Part shown: piece after piece, positions 8,457 to 19,866 of the stretch | Position numbering within the stretch: position 1 is the first letter of the stretch | Layout of the letters: each line of letters begins with the position of its first letter | Assembly (NCBI GenBank): GCA_045120555.1 | Contig: JBGVEZ010000070.1 | Location: 1-35,117 of the forward strand | Reading direction: 5' to 3' | Length of the DNA stretch: 35,117 nt | Source of the DNA: Eubacteriales bacterium | GTDB taxonomy: Bacteria; Bacillota; Clostridia; Oscillospirales; CAG-272 | Translations under genes and position numbers: made by a program | Notes under the pieces: model-generated | Database searches by the model: none | Told to the model about the DNA's origin: nothing | The model's input: only the letters and a program-made list of their open reading frames with translations

Positions 8457-8708
8457 TAAAGCTTCTTTTGCACATAAAACCTAATTTTACTTTCCAACGT
8501 TTTCAACACGCCGATGTTGAAAAGTAAAACCCGAAATTCGCAAAAAAATCGGCGTTTCGGGGCAAAAAACGTACGTAGGGCAAGGTTTTCAACGTTTTCA
8601 ACGGCTCTACTGCTACTCCTATAATAATATACCTTCTACCAACACTTGCGTGTTGATGACCATCCACTAAATAAGCCCCTGCGGGGCAACTGAATCGGAG
8701 GCTCGATT
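8457..8708. other. oriC (dnaA-dnaN intergenic) with variant DnaA boxes, DnaA-trios and AT-rich unwinding element
   Basis: 9-mers TTTTGCACA 8466-8474, TTTCCAACG 8491-8499, TTTTCAACA 8500-8508, inverted TGTTGAAAA 8515-8523, tandem TTTTCAACG 8586-8594 and 8595-8603, then GCTC and TAC-TGC-TAC-TCC-TAT-AAT-AAT (8608-8628). This is the box-GC-trio-AT layout of the B. subtilis basal unwinding system. Confidence 0.85.
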
Positions 8709-9911
8709 ATGAAATTAACATTTAACAAAAACACTATGTCCGCGGCAATCGCACCGCTTATGGGCTCCACCGTGAACAAATTGGATAACCCTGCCATAGG
8801 AGGCATCTTCTTTGAGGCAAAGGACGGCGTCTGCACTATGACCACCTACGACCTTCAGAAGGGTATAAAGGTAATAGCCGACGTCGAGATTGAGGAGGAG
8901 GGCTCTTGCGTCATTAACGCACAGAGATTCGCTTCCGCCGTTCGCGCATTCTCTACAGACAGAATAACTCTTACGGTAGGCGAGGATAAGCAGGCTACTC
9001 TTAAATCCGGAAGAAGCCGCCTTCAGATGAACGCTATGGCAGGCTCCTCCTTCCCCGAGATCCCGCCCCTTACAAGTAAGATCAACTTCAAGATCCCCCA
9101 GTGCGTGCTTAAAAAGCTTATCGGTAAGGTTGCTTACGCAATGGCGATCAACGATCACAGAAACGTGCTTAACGGCTGCTACGTAAGAATAAACAAGGAT
9201 CACCTTACACTCGTTGCATGCGACGGCTTCAAGATTGCTCGCTGTGACACGGATAATTCTGTAACGCATATGGATGACGACGAGCTTATTCAACGTCTTT
9301 CATTTATAATCCCCAATAAGACCGTCGTTGAGCTTCAGAGACTGCTTGAGGATACCGAGGAGGAGATATCCGTATTCCTTACGAAGAGACATATCGTATT
9401 CACAAACGGTGAATACAACTTCTTCTCTCGCTTGCTCGACGGTGAGTACGTTGATTTTGAAAAGCTTTTCTCAGGAAATCACAAGGTATTCTGCGAGATC
9501 GACAGCGACAGCTTCCTCGACATTCTCGAAAGAGCTCTTATCGTTACCGAGGAGAGAATTGCGGGCTGCAACAAAACTCACATTACTCTTGATATCAACC
9601 GCGAAAAGGCGTCTATCGCTATTTCCGCTATCAACGCTCAGTCCTCGGTTTACGATAACATCGAGGGAGCTATCGACGGTGGCGATATCACAATAAACTT
9701 CAACAATAAGTTCCTTACCGAAACTCTTCGTTCTGTAGAGACAAAGAAGGTAAGACTTTCACTCAATTCTCCTCTTTCCCCCATTCTCATCGAGCCCGTC
9801 GGACCTATTGTGGGCGCTGAGGAGGACGAAGCAGAGAACGAGGAGAAGGAAGAAAAGCCCGTCCGCAACGAAAAGGACGTATTCCTCCTTCTTCCCGTAA
9901 GAACAAGATAA
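8709..9911 (+). CDS. dnaN: DNA polymerase III beta sliding clamp
   Basis: Position after dnaA; FPEIP, LNG, LVACDGFKIA, SRLLDGEYVDFEK, FNNKFL, LLLPVR; GGAGG RBS. Confidence 0.95.
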   Translation: MKLTFNKNTMSAAIAPLMGSTVNKLDNPAIGGIFFEAKDGVCTMTTYDLQKGIKVIADVEIEEEGSCVINAQRFASAVRAFSTDRITLTVGEDKQATLKSGRSRLQMNAMAGSSFPEIPPLTSKINFKIPQCVLKKLIGKVAYAMAINDHRNVLNGCYVRINKDHLTLVACDGFKIARCDTDNSVTHMDDDELIQRLSFIIPNKTVVELQRLLEDTEEEISVFLTKRHIVFTNGEYNFFSRLLDGEYVDFEKLFSGNHKVFCEIDSDSFLDILERALIVTEERIAGCNKTHITLDINREKASIAISAINAQSSVYDNIEGAIDGGDITINFNNKFLTETLRSVETKKVRLSLNSPLSPILIEPVGPIVGAEEDEAENEEKEEKPVRNEKDVFLLLPVRTR

Positions 9912-9937
9912 CGCGGCAGCAGAGCTTATCTTGTCAG

Positions 9938-11143
9938 ATGATAGCAAAAAAAATAACCGTAAGAAATTTCCGTAACATAGAATCAGCCGAGCTTTTGCTT
10001 GGGCAAGGAATAAACGTGCTTTACGGTCCGAACGGAAGCGGTAAAACGAGCCTTGCGGAGGCACTTTACTTCTTCTCTGTGGGGAAATCCTTCAGAGTCG
10101 TGCGTCCTTCCATGCTGGTGAAATACGGCGAAATAGCGTCCGAGGCGAAGCTTACGTTTGTTGACGATGCTCTGAAAAAGGAAACCTCCATGAAATACAC
10201 TGTTCCTCAAAACGGTAACGTGTACTACGAGGTGAACAGATTTTCGGGGACGAGAAAAGAATTTGTCGGGAATTTCCTTGCGGTAATGTACACCCCCGAA
10301 ACTCCCGCGCTGATAATTAAGGGCGCACCCGAGACGAAGCGTGATTTTATGAATATCGCGCTTTGCAGGATAAATCCGATGTATACCGAAAACGTTTCGG
10401 TATTTACAAAGGCTATGGATGACGCGGTGGGGTTGGTCAAGGCGAGGAACGATCTTGCATACAGGATATTCGGACGATGCGTGAACCTTCCGTACGACGA
10501 GCGTATTGCAGAATACGATGCGCAGCTTCTTTTGTACAAGGATATTATGTGCAAGGCGGCAGGCTACGTGCTTTGCCAGCGTTCTCGCTTCTGCAAGCTG
10601 CTTGCGGGATGCATGAAGGAGTTCCTCGGATACGTTTACGACGGCGAATTCGACGTTGACGTTGAATATAAACCGGGAATTGAAGGCGGTGACCGACCGC
10701 TTGCCTCGGTTGGTGAGTTCACGTCCGCGATCGACAACGATCTTACCCGTACCCTTTATGAGGATATTGCGGGCGGAAGACCGTCATACGGAATTCATAA
10801 GGACAGCATATCCTTCAAGTTCAACGGTGTTGAAGCGAAGAATATCGCGTCGCAGGGACAGCTTCGTATACTCGGAATTGCGCTTAAGTTCGCTGAGGGC
10901 GTCACCATCAAGGCTATGGGCGGCGGTGAGCTTCCCGTATTCATACTTGACGACGTTATGAGTGAGCTTGACAGAAAGACGCAGCTGAAGATAACCGAGA
11001 TATTTTCACCGTACCAGACGGTTATAACGTCTGCTGATATGGGATATCTCGACACGCTTTGTGCTTTTTCGGCAAATATCAGAAAGGGATTTGATCTTCC
11101 TGCGATATTTACCGTTTCAGGCGGATCGTTCGGAAAATACTGA
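9938..11143 (+). CDS. recF: DNA replication/repair protein RecF (divergent)
   Basis: NFRN, GPNGSGKT Walker A, GKSFR, GIHKD, ASQGQ signature, ILDDVMSELD Walker B/D-loop; synteny. Confidence 0.9.
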   Translation: MIAKKITVRNFRNIESAELLLGQGINVLYGPNGSGKTSLAEALYFFSVGKSFRVVRPSMLVKYGEIASEAKLTFVDDALKKETSMKYTVPQNGNVYYEVNRFSGTRKEFVGNFLAVMYTPETPALIIKGAPETKRDFMNIALCRINPMYTENVSVFTKAMDDAVGLVKARNDLAYRIFGRCVNLPYDERIAEYDAQLLLYKDIMCKAAGYVLCQRSRFCKLLAGCMKEFLGYVYDGEFDVDVEYKPGIEGGDRPLASVGEFTSAIDNDLTRTLYEDIAGGRPSYGIHKDSISFKFNGVEAKNIASQGQLRILGIALKFAEGVTIKAMGGGELPVFILDDVMSELDRKTQLKITEIFSPYQTVITSADMGYLDTLCAFSANIRKGFDLPAIFTVSGGSFGKY

Positions 11144-11159
11144 AAAGCGAGATAAGAAA

Positions 11160-11432
11160 ATGTATCTGCACGTAAGCAAAAAACAAAAAATAAGCAATAA
11201 AAATATAATAGGCATTTTCGATATGGATACCGCAAGTGTCGGAAAAGACACAAAGCAGTTTCTGTCGAGGATGCAAAAGCGGGGCTCGGTGCAGTCGGAT
11301 ATCGGTGATATACCGAAATCCTTTGTTATGTATGACACTGATAAAGGAACCGAGATTGCGCTTCTGAAGTTTTCGTCGGGATCGGTTGAAAAAAAGGTAA
11401 ACGCCTTTGACGGATACTTTGGAAAAGAATAA
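11160..11432 (+). CDS. remB: RemB/DUF370 family protein
   Basis: MYLHV...IIGIFDMD...PKSFV; canonical position between recF and gyrB; start taken at ATG 11160. Confidence 0.8.
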   Translation: MYLHVSKKQKISNKNIIGIFDMDTASVGKDTKQFLSRMQKRGSVQSDIGDIPKSFVMYDTDKGTEIALLKFSSGSVEKKVNAFDGYFGKE

Positions 11433-11481
11433 AATTACTTTAAAATACAGCGGCATGATGCCGAAGATTGAAATACAGTAA

Positions 11482-13448
<1,967 letters not shown>

Positions 13449-13449
<1 letters not shown>

Positions 13450-14414
13450 TGAAATACGTTGTTGTTTCGATAAATCCCGGAATCGACGAATTCCGATACT
13501 ACGCATCAAAAGAGGATGCACTTGCCGGAAATGAACCTATAAGTGTCGAAAGAAAAAGCGGAAGCAAGGGCGCAAACTGCGCAATTGCTCTCGCATCTCT
13601 CGGCGCTGACGTTGAGTATTTCACCGTTGGCAGAGGCGAATACGGCGTTGACGGATATTTTGCGGAATATACCGATAAGATCACCGTAAGAAGAACGGTA
13701 ACGTCTGCTGCGGAGCGTGTTAACGTCAAGCTTATCTACCCCGAAGCGGACGGAATAAGCGGTATGACCGAACAAAATTCAAGGGGCGGACCGCTTACGG
13801 AATCCGAAAGCGAGGCGTTCCTTGATTCGGTAATTGCGCATGCAATTGCAGAGAAAAATTCCGGAGAGTTTTCAACATACGTTTTTACGGGATCTTTGCC
13901 GCAAAACGTTGAAAAAGATAAATACCTATGTTGTATTTCCGAAATTTCAAGGCTTGGAGCGTTCACTGTGCTTGACGGAAAGGGAGAGCTTATTTCCCGT
14001 ATTTCGCAGAATTTTCCGTCTCTGATAAAGCCCAACCTTGATGAATGGCGTGAGCTTTGCGGCAAAGTTGAATTTCTCAAAGGTTTTCCACAAAATGTTG
14101 AAAAGTCACCTGAGTTTTCAACACAAATGTTGAAAAGTGCCCGAAAACTTGTTGAAAAGTGGAAAAACGCAGTGCTTTTAACACTCGGAGAGCAGGGATT
14201 TTGCTACGTAGATGCAGAAGGCTGTGAGTTCGTTTTTAAAAGCGAGCCGCGCGATCTGCTATTTCCCGCAGGCATGGGGGACAATCTGCTTTCGGCGTTT
14301 CTTTACTACACGCAAAGCCGTAAAATGCTTCCGAAAGAGGCGGCACTGTTAGCGGAACGCTATGCGGTATCGTACGGTCTCACGGGAATATCCGGAAAAA
14401 CGGTTACGGAATAA
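13449..14414 (+). CDS. Divergent PfkB-family (1-phosphofructokinase-like) sugar kinase
   Basis: NPGID, GSKGANCA, R.NVK, GSLP, KPNLDE, LTLGEQG, AGMGD anion-hole motif; start overlaps the gyrB stop (TGATG). Confidence 0.75.
13869..14166. promoter_or_regulatory. Intragenic cluster of oriC-type DnaA boxes
   Basis: TTTTCAACA 13869-13877, CGTTGAAAA 13907-13915, TTTTCCACA 14084-14092, TGTTGAAAA 14096-14104, TTTTCAACA 14115-14123, TGTTGAAAA 14128-14136 and 14150-14158, AGTGGAAAA 14158-14166. Confidence 0.7.
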
Positions 14415-14451
14415 GTATCATATATAATATAAATGAAAACGGAGTAAACAA

Positions 14452-17019
14452 ATGAGCAAGGAAAAAGAGCTTGATCTTTCGTTTGAAAATCAGAAAATAG
14501 TTGATATCGGAATGGAGAAGGAGATAAAGAAGTCATTTATCGAATATTCCATGTCGGTTATTATATCCCGTGCGCTTCCCGACGTAAGGGACGGTATGAA
14601 GCCCGGTCAGCGAAGAATTCTCTACGCTATGTACGAGGATAATATCACGCACGATAAAAAATTCAGAAAGTCCGCTACTACCGTCGGTAACGTTCTCGGT
14701 CGTTATCATCCTCACGGTGACGCTGCCGTTTACGGTACTATGGTACGTATGGCACAGCCCTTCAACTACAGATATACTCTCGTTGAAGGTCAGGGTAACT
14801 TCGGCTCGGTCGACGGTGACCCGCCTGCTGCTTACCGTTACACTGAGGCGAGAATGTCGAGAATTGCGGACTGTCTTATGACCGACCTTAATAAAGAGGT
14901 CGTTGAGTTCGTTCCGAACTTTGATAACAGCCGCCGCGAGCCCACAATACTTCCCTCCCGTTTTCCGAACCTTCTCGTTAACGGCTCTGTAGGTATTGCG
15001 GTAGGTATGGCAACTAATATCCCTCCCCATAATCTCGGAGAGGTAATTGACGCAACGGTATACCGCATGGAGAACCCCGACTGCTCGGTTCGTGACCTTA
15101 TGGAATTTGTAAAGGGTCCTGACTTTCCGACAGCGGCTACCATTCACGGTACTGCCGGCATCTATAACGCTTATGCTACCGGTCGCGGAAGAATTACAGT
15201 TCGCGCAAAGGCAGATATCGAAGAGGATAAGCACAGGATCATCATTACCGAGATCCCCTACATGGTAAACAAGAGCATGCTTTGCGAGGCTATTGCAACA
15301 CTCGTTAAGGAAAAGCGTATCGAGGGCATTACAGAGCTTCGTGACGAGAGTGGACGTGACGGTATGCGTATCGTTATCGAGCACAGACGTGACGTCAACG
15401 GCTCTATCCTTCTTAATCAGCTTTACAAATATACACAGCTTCAGGATACCTGCGCAGTAAATATGCTTGCGATCGTTGACGGAGAGCCGAAAATTCTTTC
15501 TCTCCCTGCAATTCTTGATAAGTATATCTCCCACCAGGAGGACGTTATCATCAGACGTACAAAGTACGATCTCGAAAAGGCACTTTCCCGCGCACACATC
15601 TTTGAGGGCTACAAGAAGGCACTCGACCATATCGACGAGATAATTCAGGTTATCAAGAAGTCGCCCTCCATTCCCGAGGCTAAGGCAAGACTTATCGAGC
15701 TGTTCGCGTTTACCGAAATTCAGGCGCAGGCTATAGTCGATATGACTCTCGGTAAGCTCACGGGCCTTGAAAAGCAGAAGATCGAAGAGGAGCTTGCAAG
15801 ACTTCACACTCTTATCGGCGAGCTTCGCGCAATACTTGGCGACATGGGTAAGGTAAGAGAGATAATTAAGACGGAAATGCTTGAGATAAAGGAAAAGTTC
15901 TCGGACGAAAGAAGAACGGCAATCGAAACTGCCGTTAACGATATCGAGCTTGAGGACCTTATCGAAAGACATAACTGCGTTATCACCGCAACTCATTACG
16001 GCTACATCAAGCGTCTTCCCACCGATACCTACTCATCTCAGCACAGAGGCGGTAAGGGCGTCGTGGGTATGGCAACGAAGGAGGAGGACTTCATCGAGGA
16101 CGTCCTCGTTGTTCCCTCTCACTCCGACCTTCTCTTCTTCACTAACCACGGTAAGGTTTATATGAAGAAGGCTTATATGATCCCCGAAGCATCAAGAACC
16201 GCAAAGGGAACGAATATCGTAAATATCATTGATATCGACGCGCAGAACGGCGAGCACGTCAGCGCGATAATTCCCGTAAACCGCTATGACGACGATTCCT
16301 TCCTCGTTATGGTTACAAAATACGGTGTAATTAAGAAGACGGTAATTGACGAATTCGAGCAGAAGCGTAAGGGCGGTAAGATAGCGATCCTTCTCGACGA
16401 GGGCGATGAGCTTATCTACGTCGGCCACACGTTTGGCGAGGACGAGCTTGTTATCGCGACGAGAAACGGTAACGCGGTAAGATTCCCTGAGGATACAGTC
16501 CGAGTTATGGGAAGAAGCGCGCGCGGCGTTAAGGGTATGAAGGTAAGAGACGATGACTACGTTGTCGGCGTATCCGTGGTTGACGAGGAAAAGCAGCTTC
16601 TTACGATTACCGAGCTTGGATACGGTAAGCGTACCCCGTTCACCGATCTTAAGGTCAAGAAGAACCGAGGCGGAAGCGGCGTTCAATGCCATAATATCAC
16701 CGATAAGACCGGTCTTCTCTGCTCTATCGCAACCGTTTCTGATAAGGATGACCTTATGATGATAACCGACGGCGGTACAATTATACGTACGCCCGTAAAG
16801 GATATTCCCTCCTATTCGCGTGCGGCGAGCGGTGTTATCGTTATGAGACTTGACGAAGGACGCTCACTTGTTAATTTTGCGCTTTGTCCTAACGAGGAAG
16901 AGGCGGAGGAGCAGGCTGCGGCAGCGAATGCGAATATTTCCGCAGAGGAGATAAACGTTGATCCATCCGAAATACACGTTCCCGATGACGTAGTAGACGC
17001 AGATTCCGATTTTGAATAA
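14452..17019 (+). CDS. gyrA: DNA gyrase subunit A
   Basis: [18 protein letters not shown], catalytic [18 protein letters not shown], GyrA-box QHRGGKG, pinwheel repeats, acidic tail. Confidence 0.98.
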   Translation: MSKEKELDLSFENQKIVDIGMEKEIKKSFIEYSMSVIISRALPDVRDGMKPGQRRILYAMYEDNITHDKKFRKSATTVGNVLGRYHPHGDAAVYGTMVRMAQPFNYRYTLVEGQGNFGSVDGDPPAAYRYTEARMSRIADCLMTDLNKEVVEFVPNFDNSRREPTILPSRFPNLLVNGSVGIAVGMATNIPPHNLGEVIDATVYRMENPDCSVRDLMEFVKGPDFPTAATIHGTAGIYNAYATGRGRITVRAKADIEEDKHRIIITEIPYMVNKSMLCEAIATLVKEKRIEGITELRDESGRDGMRIVIEHRRDVNGSILLNQLYKYTQLQDTCAVNMLAIVDGEPKILSLPAILDKYISHQEDVIIRRTKYDLEKALSRAHIFEGYKKALDHIDEIIQVIKKSPSIPEAKARLIELFAFTEIQAQAIVDMTLGKLTGLEKQKIEEELARLHTLIGELRAILGDMGKVREIIKTEMLEIKEKFSDERRTAIETAVNDIELEDLIERHNCVITATHYGYIKRLPTDTYSSQHRGGKGVVGMATKEEDFIEDVLVVPSHSDLLFFTNHGKVYMKKAYMIPEASRTAKGTNIVNIIDIDAQNGEHVSAIIPVNRYDDDSFLVMVTKYGVIKKTVIDEFEQKRKGGKIAILLDEGDELIYVGHTFGEDELVIATRNGNAVRFPEDTVRVMGRSARGVKGMKVRDDDYVVGVSVVDEEKQLLTITELGYGKRTPFTDLKVKKNRGGSGVQCHNITDKTGLLCSIATVSDKDDLMMITDGGTIIRTPVKDIPSYSRAASGVIVMRLDEGRSLVNFALCPNEEEAEEQAAAANANISAEEINVDPSEIHVPDDVVDADSDFE

Positions 17020-17061
17020 AGAAAATTTTATCGGGCATAAATGCAGATAGCTTTTGAATGA

Positions 17062-17090
17062 GGCTTAAGAGTATACCCTACTCTTAAGCC
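17062..17090 (+). terminator. Perfect 12-bp stem-loop after gyrA (terminator or mRNA-stabilising hairpin)
   Basis: GGCTTAAGAGTA-TACCC-TACTCTTAAGCC; no clear U-tract. Confidence 0.5.
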
Positions 17091-17137
17091 CGTTACAAGA
17101 GAGTTTCCTTATATAATTAGTAAAGAAAGAAAAGTGT

Positions 17138-18154
17138 ATGAACAAAAAAACGATCGGACTTGACCTTGGAACGTCCATAGTCAGAATATGGACGAAGGAA
17201 AACGGAATAATACTGAGACAGCCAACCGTGGTTTCCTTGAACAAGACTACGGGTTACGTTGAAAAAGTCGGTTTTGAGGCAAAGAAGATAATCGGAAAGA
17301 CGGGCGGAGAGCTGTCAAACGTAAATACCTTTTGCCCTGTTAACGACGGTGTTATTGCCGGAGTTGACGAAACAATTAAAATGCTCTATACATTTTTTAA
17401 GGATGCCGGTCTTCAAAGCGTATTCTCAAGACCGTCGATAATAGTCGGAGTTTCTGATTTTGCAACCTCCGTCGAACGCGGCGCGGTAATCGATGCGCTT
17501 TTCAGAGCGGGTGCAAAGAGCGGCGGTGTCGCGCTTGTACGTGAGCCCGTTGCGGCGGCGCTCGGAGTCGGACTTCCGATTGATATTCCGCGCGGAAACA
17601 TGATAGTCGATATCGGAAGCGGTACTACGCAGGCGGCGATCTTCTGCTTTGATCGCGTTGTTGTCTCACGCTCGACAAACGTCGGCTCAAAGAAGTTTGA
17701 CGAGGCAATAATGTCGTATATGAGCAGCCGATACAATATAAATATCGGCGTCAACGCGGCGGAGGCTACAAAGATAAGAATTGGCTCTGTAATCCCGACC
17801 TTCAATCAGAAGAGCGAGATAATAATGGGCTTTAACAGAATACAGAAGCGTCCCGATAAGATAACCGTAAATTCCAACATAATCGCAGAAGCGTTGTCGG
17901 ATCACAGCAAGGCTATAATCAAGCTGATAAAGGACGTGCTTATGGAGGCACCTCCTGAGATCTGTGCTGATATTTACGATAACGGAATAGTACTTACCGG
18001 TGGCGGATCTCTTATAGACGGAATGGCGAAGATGCTTGCTTCCCATCTCGGCATAACCATAAAAATGTCAAAGGCTCCTCAGGATGACGTTATAAACGGC
18101 ATCGGCAGGATCATAACCGAAAATCTCGAGCAGTATATAGAATATGAACCGTAA
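17138..18154 (+). CDS. MreB/Mbl-family rod-shape actin homologue (divergent, stand-alone)
   Basis: IGLDLGT, PVNDGVIA, TSVERGAV, EPVAAALG, VDIGSGTT, GIVLTGGGSL; no mreC/mreD adjacent. Confidence 0.88.
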   Translation: MNKKTIGLDLGTSIVRIWTKENGIILRQPTVVSLNKTTGYVEKVGFEAKKIIGKTGGELSNVNTFCPVNDGVIAGVDETIKMLYTFFKDAGLQSVFSRPSIIVGVSDFATSVERGAVIDALFRAGAKSGGVALVREPVAAALGVGLPIDIPRGNMIVDIGSGTTQAAIFCFDRVVVSRSTNVGSKKFDEAIMSYMSSRYNINIGVNAAEATKIRIGSVIPTFNQKSEIIMGFNRIQKRPDKITVNSNIIAEALSDHSKAIIKLIKDVLMEAPPEICADIYDNGIVLTGGGSLIDGMAKMLASHLGITIKMSKAPQDDVINGIGRIITENLEQYIEYEP

Positions 18155-18155
18155 T

Positions 18156-18200
18156 AAAAGCTCCCGACGATCCTTAAAGGATAGAACGGGAGCATTTTTA
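18156..18200. terminator. Bidirectional terminator between convergent genes
   Basis: GCTCCCG (18160-18166) / CGGGAGC (18187-18193) with inner ATCCT-TAA-AGGAT; A and T flanks. Confidence 0.7.
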
Positions 18201-19187
18201 TTGAGTGTTGTTTTGGGTTGAAGAATATATCTTTACAATTTCCTCACCGAATCTTTTGCCGAGCAGGAATTCGTAAATAGCATCGTAATGTCCGAGGTCG
18301 GGCTCGTAATCCGGCTCGTTCATGGTTGTAAATCCGAGGTCTATGGTGGAAAAATATATATTTTTGTCCGACAACTCGGAAAATCTTCGCTTGGCTTCGT
18401 TTACGGTCGGATATCCCGGCTCACAGTAAGGACTGCTTGAAATCCCCGCATCGATAAAATAAACGCCGTCGCCGAAAGGACTGTATTCAGAAAGATCCTC
18501 ACGAAGGTATTTTACGAAGGAGACGAGATTTTTGTAATAGCGTTCTGCCTTCTCCTCGGAAGTATCCGATTCGCCCTGCATCCAGCAGACAGCCGCAATC
18601 TCGGGAATAAATCCGTTTTCAGTGAGCTGCTGCATATAAAAATCAACAAAAGAAATAAACGCATTATATATTGATGCCCGTTGCCTGTTGAAAAGCCAAT
18701 GGTGATTGAGCGAATAGCCGGACATCGTATATTTCAGGATAACCGTTTTTTCGTCCTTGAAGGCTTCCGAAAGGACGTGCGCCATTCCGGCCTCGGGACC
18801 GAAAAATCCGCTTGCCGCACCGCAAGTAAGGTCTACGGGGCGGAATTCGCCGTGTGAGGTTGCGTTGTGATCGTCGATGCAGTAATTTATCAAGACGTTT
18901 TCGTATCCGTTTTGTGCTTTTTTAAAATTTTCCTTGTCAAGACTCTTTTCAAGGTAAGATACTATTGACGATCCGGATGCGTTGCTCTGACCTATAAGTA
19001 ATATAACCTTGAGCTTTTCGCCGTTTCCTGTCCGCACCTTGTCGCTCTTTTCATAATCGGTATTCATATTAAGGGCATAGTCCTCGTATTTTTCAACGTC
19101 CGCGGAGCAGGAGGAAGAAAAAAGGACAGCAAATAAGATAATAACAGATAAAAGCTTATAAATTTTCATTTTTATTTTCATATTCAT
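18198..19187 (-). CDS. SASA/CE6-type SGNH carbohydrate acetylesterase, probable lipoprotein
   Basis: GQSN, FGPE, WMQGESD, DLGH motifs; signal peptide ending FSSSC; exact start Met uncertain. Confidence 0.8.
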   Translation of the reverse strand: MNMKIKMKIYKLLSVIILFAVLFSSSCSADVEKYEDYALNMNTDYEKSDKVRTGNGEKLKVILLIGQSNASGSSIVSYLEKSLDKENFKKAQNGYENVLINYCIDDHNATSHGEFRPVDLTCGAASGFFGPEAGMAHVLSEAFKDEKTVILKYTMSGYSLNHHWLFNRQRASIYNAFISFVDFYMQQLTENGFIPEIAAVCWMQGESDTSEEKAERYYKNLVSFVKYLREDLSEYSPFGDGVYFIDAGISSSPYCEPGYPTVNEAKRRFSELSDKNIYFSTIDLGFTTMNEPDYEPDLGHYDAIYEFLLGKRFGEEIVKIYSSTQNNTQ

Positions 19188-19196
19188 ATTCGTAAG

Positions 19197-19231
19197 AAAA
19201 AGCCCGCGTACCGAAAGGTATACGGGCTTTT
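19197..19231. terminator. Intrinsic terminator after maf
   Basis: AAAAAGCCCG-CGTACC-GAAA-GGTATA-CGGGCTTTT. Confidence 0.7.
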
Positions 19232-19235
19232 ATCT

Positions 19236-19847
19236 TTATTTACAATCCTCAAGCGCTACCCCGAAATTATCGAGCATAGCCCTACGAATCGCATGGAGGG
19301 GAAATCCCACAACGTTAAGATAACATCCCGTAATACCGCAAATATAAGGGGCAGCAGAGCCTTGTATAGCATAGGCTCCTGCTTTGTCGTAGGGAGAGTC
19401 ACCGCTTATGATGCTTTCAACGTCATGCTCGGAAAGCTCATCGAAGGTTACGTACGTGGTTTCTGTGTCGGATATTTCGGTTCCGTCCGAGCAACGGATA
19501 ATAGAATACCCTGTGTGAACTGCATGTGCGGTTCCGGACATGGACGTGAGCATAGCTACCGCCTCGTCACGGTCCTTCGGCTTACCGTAGACGGTACCGC
19601 AGAAGTCAACTACCGTATCAGCGGCGATGACAAAGATCTCTTCGGATTCACCGTCAACGTCGGGGGTCTGAGCGTAAACGTCTCTTCCCTTCAGCCTTGC
19701 GTTTTCGCAGGCAATTTCATAAGGAAGAAGCGTGCTGTCTGTTATTTCATCCGCGTTTGACGGAATTACCGTAAACTTTGCTCCGACGGAGGAAAGGATC
19801 TCCTTTCTTCTCGGAGAATTTGATGCAAGAATTAAGGTTATTTTCAT
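19236..19847 (-). CDS. maf: Maf-family nucleoside triphosphate pyrophosphatase
   Basis: LILASNSPRR, ADTVV, GKP, DKAGAYAIQG, NVVGFP. Confidence 0.93.
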   Translation of the reverse strand: MKITLILASNSPRRKEILSSVGAKFTVIPSNADEITDSTLLPYEIACENARLKGRDVYAQTPDVDGESEEIFVIAADTVVDFCGTVYGKPKDRDEAVAMLTSMSGTAHAVHTGYSIIRCSDGTEISDTETTYVTFDELSEHDVESIISGDSPYDKAGAYAIQGSAAPYICGITGCYLNVVGFPLHAIRRAMLDNFGVALEDCK

Positions 19848-19866
19848 GGTTAAAATTTAAGATAGA

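Noticed and set aside
2311-8546. Identical 15-mer CGAAATTCGCAAAAA at 2311-2325 and within oriC at 8532-8546
   Set aside because: About one 15-mer match is expected by chance in 35 kb, more in A-rich DNA; no further similarity.
14533-15996. 487-aa antisense ORF within gyrA (similarly 31848-32996, 34215-35084, 2882-3691, 11743-12393)
   Set aside because: Shadow ORFs opposite well-conserved genes, explained by codon bias; no recognisable motifs.
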